A stretch of 64,000 bases of DNA from Piedraia hortae CBS 480.64. Taxonomy: Eukaryota. The stretch is taken from positions 62,001-126,000 of the forward strand of contig MU005988.1 of assembly GCA_010093745.1 (NCBI GenBank), given 5' to 3'. This document shows, piece by piece, positions 35,792 to 47,140 of this stretch (the first letter of the stretch is position 1; the number at the start of each line of letters is the position of its first letter). The position numbers were made by a program, and so were the translations under genes. The notes under the pieces are model-generated. The model saw only the letters and a program-made list of their open reading frames with translations, ran no database searches and had not been told where the DNA came from.

Positions 35792-37297
35792 TTAGTAGAC
35801 GTCATTGACGTCAGCAGAAGGCGTGAGTGTAACCAGCAGGGCGAACCAATTATCTGCTATTTCAAGATGCATCGCTGCTGATAGCCCGTCGTCAATTCTT
35901 CTATTCGTCTCATGCGGCAAACGTTTCTTCAACTCTATCTTGAGATACTGTGTGATATTGCAATCAGGGTGGGAGCCGAACGAAGAAAGGCGTTCCAGTT
36001 TGGGCGCAAACCGAAGCAGGACGTCGATAGCTTGGGGAAAGTGGCAATTAGTAAGGTAACAGGTGGTTTTTCCATCAGACTTAAAGTGACAGGTCAAGTG
36101 TCTTAACTCCGGGAAGAAGAGCAACGAGCCAGACTGCCACTCGTACGGGCCGATCTCGGCCGGAATTTTGCAGTTCTGAAGTCTAGGGCACGCTTTTCCC
36201 ATCGCTTGGAAGGTCTTGTCGGCGAGAGTGCTCGCGAAATTCAATCGAAGATCTTGCAACTCTGGCAGGCTGTTGAACACTTCAGACCATTCCTCGTCTG
36301 CCGGACCGGAAAAGGAAATGCCAAGGAGGTACTCGCGACATCTTCCGACGTGGAGAGAATGCACCTTATTCAAGCTTTTCAAGCGGCGAACTTCCCGCGG
36401 GTTAAGTTTTGTATTTTGGTAGAAGGCAAGGTCAAGAAGCTCAAGGTTAATCAATTGTCCGATTGAATTTAGTTCAATACGTGATTGGGACTAACTGTGG
36501 ATTGTTAACCTGAGAGATGTCAAGCGATGAAACAAACCCGGCAAGTGCACTAATGCAGGATCCTCTAGCCTTATCTCCAGATCAACAACGTTTGAAAATA
36601 TGGATCCTGCTTGGCGGGCTAGCGCAAGCACGGAGCACGAATCTAGCGCTGCGTCACTTGTCCTGAAGCGGTACAAAGAAGGGCCAAAACGAGAATATTG
36701 TGATGCCTCTCCGAGATCGACTTTGAATTCCGAAACGATCAATGACTCCAATATAGGGAGTTGCTGCACCATGTCCAGCAATGCGGAGATAATTGGCGTC
36801 CCTGAGCCAGGTATCTTAACCCCAATCTGTAGCTCTTTCAAGCTCTTACATAGGCTTGGGACATAAGTGAGTAGCTGGTTGTTCATTCTTTCCACAGTAA
36901 GGCTTTTCAGATCCGGTCCAAAGAATTGCCTTGTGCTCTCTTGGCTCAGGCGCGAACTCCATCCGAGCGTCAGCCGTTTCAACTGTGGAAAGCGCAGCTC
37001 CGACCCATCACTGTCAGATCGTAGCGAGTCGACGATGTAAGGCCAGGAAAAGAATCCACCAAGGGTGAGTTCTCGGGTTTTCGAGGCAAAGCGCTGCCGC
37101 TCTTTGGGCGAGATAAACTCGAGGCAGGCGTGTGACGTCGTGCGTGAAAGGATCTCTGTTGCTGCAATGTTCCATGTTCTGCAGACTAGCCTAGCGCGTC
37201 GAAGGTATTTCCTATGGCCTTCTAGTTCACCCAAAATTTCCAGATGGAGCTCCATGGGCAACCGAGATGTTGGATCAGTAGCTACTAATGCAGACAT
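35792..37297 (-). pseudogene. F-box/LRR protein gene with one in-frame TAG
   Basis: F-box-like RLPMELHLEILGEL..ARLVCRTWN, then LxxLxL repeats; ORFs 36491..37357 and 35792..36454 are in the same frame, separated only by the TAG at 36491-36493. Confidence 0.7.
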
Positions 37298-37745
37298 GGA
37301 CGTGCCTAGGTTGCGGTGGACTCGTTGTTTCGAGTGTTCTAAAGCCAGGCAACGCAACGCAGGGAACCTATGTATCTGGCTGTGTGTGCTATCAAGTCAG
37401 CCTGATTGTGAGGATGGCGTCCACGTCAATTCACCTTGCACGAAGAATAAATATTACCTTTCGGACTTCACGCTTTCCGACCCTCTCCGGGACAGCTTGG
37501 CAACTCCCTTCCTTCTCAAAATTGTACACCGCATCCGGATGTGTATAGACCGATGCGCCTCGCCGTTGCGAGCTGGGCATCCAATTCCCTCTAGAGAGCA
37601 ACTCGTCGATCTGCATATCTGTTCAATCAGAACGACGGCATGGCTACGCATGCGCTCCGAACGATTTATCATGTACAGCCTATAAGAACACGGGGGCAAA
37701 GCAAGCTAAATTACAGTCTGCAACCATGCAGCAGGTAGTCTATCA

Positions 37746-40700
37746 TCACACACCGTCAACACCCAGCGCCACGGCTTTTGCGTAAGGCACCAGACAGCGT
37801 TGCAGGTCTCTCTGCTTGCCCAGGATGGTGACAACCTCCTTCATGAGGTCTGTCTTTTCCCAGCCCATGATGGCGTCGTTCTCTCCTCCGCTGTCGCGCT
37901 CTGAGCCCCACAGGCCCACCTCTTGGGGCATGAGGTTGTTCAGGAGCTCTTCAGCCTTCCCTCGCAGGCTCTCTGCCGCCAAGCGCTTGGCATACATTAT
38001 CAAGTAGACCCTGAATTCCTGGCGCGCGCCAAGCATGCGGGCGGCGGCGAGGCGATTCTCAAGGTGGGCGATGCTGACCGAAGACTCGAAGTTTTCGTAG
38101 CCCTCGGCCGACAGGAGCTGCTTCACGGTGCGCTGCAAAAAGTACGCCCGTCCCCTTAGCAGGCTTTGTGAGGTGGTGCTTCGCTCGAGCAAGGGCAAGA
38201 TCCCGGCAGAAAGATTCTCCGGAGACAACTCGTCAAGGTACGAGGTCTCGGTGCCGGATGCGGCGCCCGATCCATTGCACTTGCGCAGCACAGAGGTGTC
38301 GGTGGTGTTCCAATACTGAGACCCGACGCTCCACCACGGCTCGCTCAGCTTCTGCCATGCGAGCATCGATGCGTTATAGGCGAAGCCGTCTCCGTTGCTC
38401 ATGGCTACGACAACCCTGCCGAGGGAATTCAACCGGGCGAAAAGGAGCGACGGGCCCGAGGTAAGGTGGTCTTGCTGGAGGGTCGCTGCCACGTTGAGGA
38501 CGGGCGCAAGAGATGCGGGCGGGTGCAGCGCCGCTTGCCTTTGCAGGTCCCACACATGGCAGGTTCCCACGGCGGTGACGGCCAAAAGGTACCACCCCCG
38601 ACAGTCCAGAATCACCGCTTGGGACTCTAGGACAAGACCGTTGAGCATGCGACGGCCCGCAGGGGTCCACGTGTGAAGGCTGCCATCATCGCAAGCTGCG
38701 GCCCAGAAGTTGCGATTGCCCGTCACAAGGAGGACGGGACGAGGGAGGAAGTCTGACCAGACGACTTGGGTCCGGCGCGTGACCGTCATGCGCGTGGGAG
38801 CGCGGTCGGAAGGACGACCGGTACGGCTGGGACCGGTGTCGTTACGGGCTTCTAGGACGATGGCGTCGGGATTGTCGCCTTCGCCATCGTTCTCCGGCAA
38901 GGGCTTGGTAGGGTCGAGCGGGCGAAGGATGACGTTGCGCACGCTGGGCACGGCAAGGCGCAGCTGGCTGAGGGGAAGAGCGGCATGGATCGAGGGCTTT
39001 GCCGAAGTCTCGGCCGTGCCAGGGAATGCGAGGCCTTCAGACGTGTTGGCCAGGATGGGAGCGGCGCCAGACTGTTGCATGTTTTGGGCTCTGCGTTCCG
39101 CCTGCTTGCGTTCCTCTGCCGTGTCGCCCTCGACTTCGGCGTATTTGCGTTTGTTGCCGAACAAGAGGGAGGTTACGCCGCCCTTGGGCAGACCTTCATA
39201 TGGCCTGCTGAGGTCCAGCACTTTGCCCATGGGTTCGTCCGACGACATTGCTGAAGACACAGAGGCCTGCAGTCTGGGCCGCGGCATGTTGGATTCGCCC
39301 TGGTCCGAGACGAGTACCGGCGCTATCCTCTTCTTGCCGTCCTTGGTGAACGTGACGCGGTTCTTCAGCTTCTCCACCCTTTCCTGCTGAGCGTCCTTGG
39401 GGGGTTCTTTGGGAGCGGCTTTGGGCGGCGTCTGGTCGTGTCCGTTGGTGATGGGTACGCTGTTAACGGTGTCGCTGATGGTCAAGGCCGCCCCGTCGCC
39501 CATGAGCTCGCCCATTTTGGTTTCTGCCACCTTCAGTTCGCCCTCCTTGCTGACGTCCTCCAGCCTCTGAGCGTCCGGTCCATCGACAATGCCCGCCCTC
39601 CTACCGGCTCCGAATTTCGTCAGCGCCTTTTCGTTTTCCGACTTTTCCGTGGGATAGCCCATCTCGCCCGCGTCAAACTGAATGGCGGCAATGGTCCCGT
39701 CGAGACTGGTAAGGTAGAGCACATCTCCTTCGGGACACCAGGCAAGGTCGCTGATGGACTTGGCTGCCAGCTCGCCCACGGTGACAAAAGGCCGAGGGAA
39801 GCTCGTGTTCCACACGCTCACCGTCTTATCCTGACCGGCACACGCGACGATGCTAACGGGCATGGGGTTGCCGCCGTTGGGGTCGGGCGGCTCCTTTAGG
39901 AAGAGACGAGGAGAAAAGGCACAAACCTCGACGGGGCCCTCGTGGCCGATCAGATTGATGTCACTGGCCCAGGTGCCCCGCGCAATGATCGCCACGGAGC
40001 TGACGGGGCCGTTGGTGGCGTTTGCAGCCGCAATGTGCGCGCCCTCCGGACTCCACGAACAGCGTCTAAAGTACGTCGTCAGCGGGCTGGCGTCGAACGG
40101 GTCCGTGATGGTTTTCTCCAGCGTGAAGTTGGACGTCTGGTCGTAGGCCGTGGCGTTTGGGGGCGGAGACGTGAACCTGTAGAGCCGGATGCTGCGGTCG
40201 TCGCTGGCCGTGGCAAAATACTTGTTGGCGGGATCAAACGTGACGCCCTTGACGTGACTCTGGTGCTGCGAGAGCGTCTTGAGTTTCTCGAAAGTGCTAC
40301 CCGACCACACAACCACCTTGCTGTCCAGCCCGACCGACACCAGGATGCTGCAGTCGCTGCTCCATCCGAGGTCCTGGACGTCGTTGTCGTGGCCAATTAG
40401 CCGCCGGAAGATGCGCCAGTTCTCGACCGCCGGCGTTTCGTTACTGCCAAAGGTCGAGTGGCCGGGCGCGCCCGGCTCCAGCGTGTAGACACATACTATC
40501 TTGTCGTCGGCACCAGATGCCAAGTATTTCCCATTGGCGCTGAACCGCACCGAGTGCACCGTGCCCGAGTGGTACGACAGCGATGCAAGCTGTCTCGGTT
40601 TGTCTCCGTCGTCAGAGTCAGATAGGATGGCTTCGGTCGACCATATGCGGACGTGACCATCGCCCGCGGCCGTCGCCAACCGTTTACCGTCAGGGGAAAC

Positions 40701-40772
40701 GTGGCAGCTGTAGGCTTCGTGGTCTTTCTTCTCTCCTCCATGAACCAGCCAGTGCGGCTTGACGAAACGCAT
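37746..40772 (-). CDS. HIR1: Histone chaperone HIRA/Hir1
   Basis: N-terminal WD40s (GHDNDVQDL, HQSHVKG, FRRCSWSP), B-motif TKDGKKRIAP, C-terminal SIAHLENRLAAA. Confidence 0.95.
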   Translation of the reverse strand: MRFVKPHWLVHGGEKKDHEAYSCHVSPDGKRLATAAGDGHVRIWSTEAILSDSDDGDKPRQLASLSYHSGTVHSVRFSANGKYLASGADDKIVCVYTLEPGAPGHSTFGSNETPAVENWRIFRRLIGHDNDVQDLGWSSDCSILVSVGLDSKVVVWSGSTFEKLKTLSQHQSHVKGVTFDPANKYFATASDDRSIRLYRFTSPPPNATAYDQTSNFTLEKTITDPFDASPLTTYFRRCSWSPEGAHIAAANATNGPVSSVAIIARGTWASDINLIGHEGPVEVCAFSPRLFLKEPPDPNGGNPMPVSIVACAGQDKTVSVWNTSFPRPFVTVGELAAKSISDLAWCPEGDVLYLTSLDGTIAAIQFDAGEMGYPTEKSENEKALTKFGAGRRAGIVDGPDAQRLEDVSKEGELKVAETKMGELMGDGAALTISDTVNSVPITNGHDQTPPKAAPKEPPKDAQQERVEKLKNRVTFTKDGKKRIAPVLVSDQGESNMPRPRLQASVSSAMSSDEPMGKVLDLSRPYEGLPKGGVTSLLFGNKRKYAEVEGDTAEERKQAERRAQNMQQSGAAPILANTSEGLAFPGTAETSAKPSIHAALPLSQLRLAVPSVRNVILRPLDPTKPLPENDGEGDNPDAIVLEARNDTGPSRTGRPSDRAPTRMTVTRRTQVVWSDFLPRPVLLVTGNRNFWAAACDDGSLHTWTPAGRRMLNGLVLESQAVILDCRGWYLLAVTAVGTCHVWDLQRQAALHPPASLAPVLNVAATLQQDHLTSGPSLLFARLNSLGRVVVAMSNGDGFAYNASMLAWQKLSEPWWSVGSQYWNTTDTSVLRKCNGSGAASGTETSYLDELSPENLSAGILPLLERSTTSQSLLRGRAYFLQRTVKQLLSAEGYENFESSVSIAHLENRLAAARMLGARQEFRVYLIMYAKRLAAESLRGKAEELLNNLMPQEVGLWGSERDSGGENDAIMGWEKTDLMKEVVTILGKQRDLQRCLVPYAKAVALGVDGV

Positions 40773-40890
40773 GGTGTGGGGACAGTCGCATTCCGCTCAG
40801 ACGACGGGCGATCGGTGAGGTGCACGTCAGATAGGGTTAGGATTGGCGCGAACGATCTAACGGGTGCGGGGGCGGGCCGCTCAATGACCG

Positions 40891-40891
<1 letters not shown>

Positions 40892-40921
<30 letters not shown>

Positions 40922-41003
40922 GCGTGAGGGGGGGGGGAGGGGGGCGGAAAGCCGGCGGGGGGGGGGGGGGGGGCCCGCGAAGGGGGGGGGGGGGGGGGGG
41001 GGG
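40892..41003 (+). repeat. G-homopolymer-rich tract
   Basis: Several long G runs between the P450 3' end and the HIR1 start. Confidence 0.85.
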
Positions 41004-41105
41004 AAGGGTGTAGTGGGTCTCTAATCGAGCTCTGTCCGTGCACGCGCGGCGCATTCCGCGTCGAGCAGGTGAAATAGGTACGGTGATGTGCAGTTTCTCT
41101 ACAGT

Positions 41106-42890
41106 TCATCCAACGGCTTCAAAATCATGCATAACAGCATCCTTCCTTCTGCGTACGTTGATCTTAGCCTTGGTTGGCGGTACCAATGCCGTTCCGAGCC
41201 ATTGGTTCGGTGGTCTCTCCGGCAGAGGTTGGATTTCATAGTTCATCAGAACATAGGCCAAGAGCATCTTGAGCTCATGCTGCACCAGAAATCGTCCAGG
41301 ACTGCTCGTGTCAGCCGTGTGCGGGTCGTCGGTCTGCTCAGTCTACCACTCACCATGCATGTCGGCCGTGGCCAAAAGGTAAAAAGTTTTCACCCGTGCT
41401 GATCATGCTGAGATTCCTCATTCTGAGGTACTCGTCATTGTTGCGTTGCTCGCTGCTCAAGGCTTCAAACTCCTCCCTCGGGCGTGAGAAGCGAAACGCA
41501 TCGTATGTTTCCGGATCTTTGTAGACAGCAGGATCGTGGTGACGGCTGTGCACGTTGATGGACATGTACGAGCCACATGGAGCATGCCACCCTTCCTCGA
41601 CGTTGCGGAGACCGTCTTTGGCGACGACTTTGCGCTGAACGCCGCGACTGGCAAAGTTGGAGACTCGCATGCTCTCCTTGATCGCAGAGTCTGTCCGAAG
41701 GAGTTTGTTCAAGGCAGGCTTGCTCCAGCACCCGTTGTGCTCTTTGTAAACACGCTCGGCCTCTTCGCGAATTCCCTCGACGAACCTCTTCTTAGGATCG
41801 CTGCTGAAGAGGTCGAACAGCACCATGGTAATGGTGAGCGTCGTGGTGTGTATTGCAGCAAACTCAACGGGCATGATGAAGCGCGAGATCATATCGGGGT
41901 CGAGCTCTTTGGTCCGCCCCTCTGCAGCAGCGGTTCTAATGTGCCAGGCAAGGTAGTTCTCCGGGAGAACAATCTTGGAATCGGGGCTATCTTGTTGCTC
42001 CTTGAAATCGGCCAGGAGCTTTTTGATGTACGGCAGCGTGTGCTTGCGGGTCCTCCAGTAATGGATATGGTTGGGGATGCACATCAAATGCCCAACCAAA
42101 GGGTGCAGAAACCTTGGCACGAATGGCATCAGGGCAGCTGGCATTGTCAGTCAAGCATTGTAAGCTCGACCACGTACTCACTGGCCGTTATAACGTCAAT
42201 AGCAAAGGCGGAGTTGTTCTTCAGAAAATCCTCGTTTCGACACAGAGGAAGCCCGACAAACAGCCTGTTCGACACCCGTGATATAACGTCCATCATATTA
42301 TCATAGACGCAGATCTCCTTCCAGGACTCGGTATCAAAGCCCCAAGTGTGGAGGGAAACGCACAATTCATCCCATATATCTGGAATGACGGTGTCGACCT
42401 TTCTTGCGAGGTTCTTATGAATGACATGCTCATGATATACGGTCTGCAGGAGATATGGCGTGGTAAAGGCGTAGTCCCCCTGGAGCGTGTCGGAATGGGC
42501 TTCACGAACGCTGGCAACATGGTCCGGCTGTTCCGTCAGCCAGCGCAACTTGTTATTGGGAATTACAATCTCATGGCGCCCAGCAAAGTCGGGGATGATG
42601 TGACTCTTTCCCTTGCTGGAATACTGCGCAGGTCAGGCACTGTACTCTGAGGGGGCTAAAAGCATAGTGACCTTTTGGTACCCTTGGTCCAACCAGACTT
42701 GGTTCTTGAAGAAGCTATTGAAGGTTGCTCGTGTCACTGTAAACAGACCTTTCTCGCTCTTTCCCACCCAAGGCACTCCGGAGGGATATTTGGGTGGCAA
42801 AGTTGCCTTGACTACAGCGGCAAAAACCAGTACGACGGCAATGGCAGCAGCTGAGACTGGATGGTCGAGTGCGAATTGAACTACCTTCAT
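41106..42890 (-). CDS. Cytochrome P450 (ent-kaurene oxidase-like fungal group), multi-exon
   Basis: N-terminal TM, FAAIHTT (I helix), KESMR (ExxR), FDAFRF-like PERF region, FGHGRHA-C-PGR heme motif split by an intron; stop TGA 41106-41108. Confidence 0.9.
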
Positions 42891-42893
42891 TCT

Positions 42894-43012
42894 AGTTAAA
42901 GGGGACGAACTGATGGTGTGAGTACACTGAGACGTAAAAACATATTTATAGTTAAAGGGGACGAAAGGAGGGGACGTTGTTCATGGTCATCACGTGACAA
43001 AATCCTTCAACT
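42894..43012. mobile_element. Second AGTT..AACT mini-element copy, directly upstream of the P450 ATG
   Basis: 3' ~40 nt nearly identical to 28026-28065; flanks ATTCT/ATTTT (4 of 5 match); internal repeat of AGTTAAAGGGGACGAA at 42894 and 42950. Confidence 0.75.
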
Positions 43013-43329
43013 ATTTTCGAGCCCAGAGAGTAGCTGGCCTTGACCAGAAGTATGGAGCTCGGGACCCTGACCGTACTACGATGCTGGGCCCTTTTGCCGA
43101 GGCTTTCCGCAAAATCTGCCAGACTCTTCACTGAGAGGCATCGCGATGCTGCGTATACGACATGTCTTCATACGTGCACAGCGTTATCAATACCTTACCA
43201 CTGGCGGTAGTCCGCTCAGGCATCCTACCCAGCAGAGGATGCGGCAAAGCCAGACATCGCCGACAGCTGCGGTCGCTTGAAATTCATAAATGTTTTGGGA
43301 CCCTCGTCTAACTGTGATTTTGTCAACTC

Positions 43330-44229
43330 TCACCTCCGCTGCTTCCTTTTCTTAAACAGAATAGGCGGAGCCGGCGGAGAGGTCTCTACTTTGACATTTT
43401 GTCTGTCTGCGACCGGAAACCCCTGCTCAGTATCATCATCTTCTCTTTTTATCACAACGCCACCCTCTTCCGTTTTCACTGGAAGCTCTGGATCCTCCTC
43501 CTTGACTTCCCCATCTTCAGTTTTTATCTTCTTCGTCGTAACCCCACTCAGCAATTCCTCCAAGTCTTCGTCCTCCTGCGAAGTCCACGTCCTACTACCT
43601 CTTATATCATTGTCCTCTTCTTCCAAGGCGTTTTCGTCCTCATCCCTCCTTCTCTTGCCCGAACTTGGCGTAAAGTCATCCCTTTCGCTCTCGTTCTTCA
43701 TCCGTTTCAAGAACGCAGCGACACCGCCCTGTGTTTCATCCTGTTCTCGATCTTGTACATTGCTCTCCGCCAAAGGCACTGATGGCTTCTGCTCAACAAA
43801 AGTTTGCGACACGACGCGCCATTGCCCCACGCCGGTAACATCGCCCAACAGTTCCTTTGGGACCTCCAACCCCATTGCCATCAACTGCTCGGCCTGCGCT
43901 TTTCTATGTTCCGCCATGGAAATCCTTGGCACCGGGGCCGCTCGCGGCGGCATTCGCGGCGGCGGCTGCGCAACCGCGCTGGAAGACGAAACCCTCACGG
44001 CGCCCGTCCCCCCAACCAGCCCATTAAGCCGATCGATCTCCCGCTTCGCAGCTTCCTTTTCCCGATCTTCCCTGACTTTGTCCTTGTGCAGCTTCCGCAG
44101 GTTCTTTTGGATGCTGTTCTGGTGCCGCGCCGAGGCTTCGTGATTTTTGCGCTCAATTCCAGTGTCGCGAACATAAATGGAGCAGAATTTGCACCAGTAT
44201 GATGGGGTGGATTTCCAGTGAGAGGCCAT
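43330..44229 (-). CDS. U1/matrin-type zinc finger protein (WBP4/FBP21-like N-terminus)
   Basis: MASHWKSTPSYWCKFC..HE...H zinc finger; basic C-terminal FKKRK. Confidence 0.8.
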   Translation of the reverse strand: MASHWKSTPSYWCKFCSIYVRDTGIERKNHEASARHQNSIQKNLRKLHKDKVREDREKEAAKREIDRLNGLVGGTGAVRVSSSSAVAQPPPRMPPRAAPVPRISMAEHRKAQAEQLMAMGLEVPKELLGDVTGVGQWRVVSQTFVEQKPSVPLAESNVQDREQDETQGGVAAFLKRMKNESERDDFTPSSGKRRRDEDENALEEEDNDIRGSRTWTSQEDEDLEELLSGVTTKKIKTEDGEVKEEDPELPVKTEEGGVVIKREDDDTEQGFPVADRQNVKVETSPPAPPILFKKRKQRR

Positions 44230-45892
44230 GACCTTGCTGTTTCGCTGGCGGAAGGGAGGGTTGGTCTCGCCCTTGTTTGCGCTAGGGAACGCTAGTGGTG
44301 CAAGAGGTTAGTGCGGGGTCGCAGGGTGGACCTGTCAGGAAGATGCGGGGAAGCTTCTCTGCATACATGACATCTCCGAAGTGAGATAAGGGATCCTTCT
44401 CAGGTTCCATCCAGTCATGTACTGACTCGCATCGAAATAGCGGGCGATTGGATCATCACGAGCTTCTTCCTCACGGCATCTGATTGAAGGATGTGTACCA
44501 CACTGGTCGAAAGGTTAACCTAATCGGCCAATCGAGTCGTGTGTCAATGCGTTTTCTCTTCAGCCCAATCCTGACAATGGCATGCAAGTCGCAGGTTCTG
44601 CCGACATGGTCCCATCGCCCGGCTGAAGAATTTAGCAGCAGGGTAGAATCGTACGCTGGGTGTGAAAAGGAAAGGGTGCTCAGTTTTGGCAGATCCCGAT
44701 GCGTGGCCGGAGCAGTTTCCTTAACGGGACGCCAACCACGCCATGTGAAACGTCCAGGGTCTTGCCACTACAGGGATGTTGCTTGTTTCATGCTATCCTA
44801 GATGGTTGCAAATGATACAAGGCTACTGGTCTTATCAGGTATCTACAAGGCTGAGATTGTTCCGCCCCCTCGTCTGGGTTCAAGAGAATGCTTCTCGAAG
44901 GTCCTAAAAACTGCATGAGGCAAGAGTTTGAGCCACGGCTGCAGTGTTCCAGAATATTCGAGGAACGAGACTCAGCCTGTCTTAATGCAACGCAGTATGC
45001 ATGGAGACGAATTCATCAACCGTCCGCCACGATTAAGCCCACGTCAGGCTGTACTGGGTGTGACGCCGTGAAGAACGGCGCCCGCAGCTTGGCACGATTA
45101 CTCCATTAGTGTTTCCGAAGAACGGGTGAATGATTCTGTAGCTTAGGGAATTAGTGATTAAACCCGTTTGTCCTGTTTGAAACCACCGCAGCTGACTTTA
45201 TCAGAGCAGATCGTGTTGCTATGCATTTGTGGAAGCTCAACCAGGCCATGTCAGCCTCATAGGTGAGTTCATGCACCTCTCGACCGGGGGGAAGGGAGGG
45301 GGGGCGGCGTTCGCGCCTCAGACTATAACTGAACATTTCACCTATGTGATGGTTCAGACAACGGGTGCACGCGTTAAAGTGCAAGGATTTATGCGGGGCC
45401 TGTGATCATCTTCCGAAGGTCCAAGAATCTGTCTATCGAGCAGACGGCGCCATTGCTCTTCGGACGAATGAATCTTCTAGTAAGGGCACCAAACAGAAGT
45501 GTCCTTGAGGGCATTTCCCGTAGCTCCGCCATAGCTGCTAAGCAGCGTACACAGCCACCGCTACTGGGCAGATATCAGTCAGAGCTTCATTAAATTGTTT
45601 CCAGGGGTTTGCATGAAGAGCCGGCGCTGTGCTGGCACAAGGCTGTAGACCTTCATCTGTTTCTGTCGACATTAAACGAAAAGGCATGACTGCTAAGGAC
45701 TTATATATTCCTGCTTCGTACTGCCACGTTCTCTTCTTTTTCCACATGTCTGGCTCCCGCTCCTCGGTTTTTATGCGGCATCCAACCGAACAATATATTC
45801 ACTCTAGACGTTTCTCAACAGTTATCCATCCTGACAATTTCCAACGAACTCTACAATCTCCAGGTGGGCTAGGCACGGATTACAACACAAGT

Positions 45893-46378
45893 ATGACAAC
45901 CAGCAGGATCATCAACGAGGCCAAGAATTGCGAGAGGCAAGAGAAGAAGCGACGACGCAACCGCTTGGCCCAGAGGAAGAGCCGCCAGCTGTGCAAGGCC
46001 AAGATCGCCGAAGGCGAACGCAACAAGGATCATGTCCAGAAGCTGCAGCCTGCACTCAAGGCCTGTGTGAAGAAACTGATCCAACACCACGTCAACCTCG
46101 ATCAGCAAACACTGTGGACCACTCCAACCCATGGACACGCGGAAATGCTTCTCCAACTCCCAGCCCAACCCTCGTCTGTTTTTCAGATGGAGGAAGTCCT
46201 CGCAGGGATCACAGCTCTGTGGGCAACGGAAGCGGACGTTACGGATCTTGAATTTCTTCTCGCCGCTGGAGGGTTCAACGTCGACCACAACTCCCCACCA
46301 CACTTGCCCTCTGCTGACTACACAGCAGAAGACTTTACCAACGGCCACATGACGCACTCTGACACAAGTTTCGAATGA
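45893..46378 (+). CDS. Short divergent bZIP-type protein
   Basis: EKKRRRNRLAQRKSRQ basic region followed by a weak coiled coil. Confidence 0.55.
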   Translation: MTTSRIINEAKNCERQEKKRRRNRLAQRKSRQLCKAKIAEGERNKDHVQKLQPALKACVKKLIQHHVNLDQQTLWTTPTHGHAEMLLQLPAQPSSVFQMEEVLAGITALWATEADVTDLEFLLAAGGFNVDHNSPPHLPSADYTAEDFTNGHMTHSDTSFE

Positions 46379-47140
46379 CGCGATGCTTCAAAAGAGGAGA
46401 GGTCTCCTCTCATGTGGCTGACCAGCCCCGATTTCAGGAGAAGTGTGCATGATAGGTAGCGTTGATTGTACTGTGATATGATTGTCTTTTCGACGTCTCC
46501 TCGTGACATTTTCCAGCAGGCTGGTCTAAGTTTAATTTCTGAACGGTAAGAGACGATCGCGCGAGAAAATACCTGCATGCAGTCTTGTAAGCCCTACTGC
46601 CGGGAGCAATCCTTCCGTTAGCCCGAACCCAAGAACTGGGCTTGCAGCGTTGCACATGGCATGCAAAGCTGCATGATTGCCAGTCAGACACGTGCAGTTA
46701 TGTACCTTACATGTGTGTCATCGTGTATGTAATGACAGATGACGATTGGTGAGTGAAGTGAAAACGTGCAGGTTGATACATGGCCATGAACAAAGTATGT
46801 ATTGCAGCGAAATTCATGAAAGCCTTTCAAATGCCCATTAATTACCGGCACAGTTGGTAAAAGCACGTGATACATCCCCGAAACGAGACACGTTTTACCG
46901 GCCCGGTCCATCCCGCTCTTGGCTTCCTCACGGAGATGAACTTGGTTCACAAGACAGCTCGCTGCCTACCAGTCAAAGTTTCAATTAGCCCTAGACCATT
47001 TGGACATGAAGTTCTGAATCTCGGTGGTTCTACGAAGGCACAGCCCATGTTCGCTAGGTGAGACCGTTGCAGGAATGTTTAGCTATCTGTGCGGTCTCGG
47101 AAAACCGTCGTACAAGACTATGGTGCACACTTGAGCTAGT

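Noticed and set aside
38710..39390. Long antisense ORFs over HIR1 (likewise over GLN4, the P450, the Zn finger gene and LARP)
   Set aside because: Shadow ORFs of GC-rich coding strands with no recognisable domains.
40653..41109. Gly-rich and Pro-rich ORFs
   Set aside because: They are translations of the G tract.
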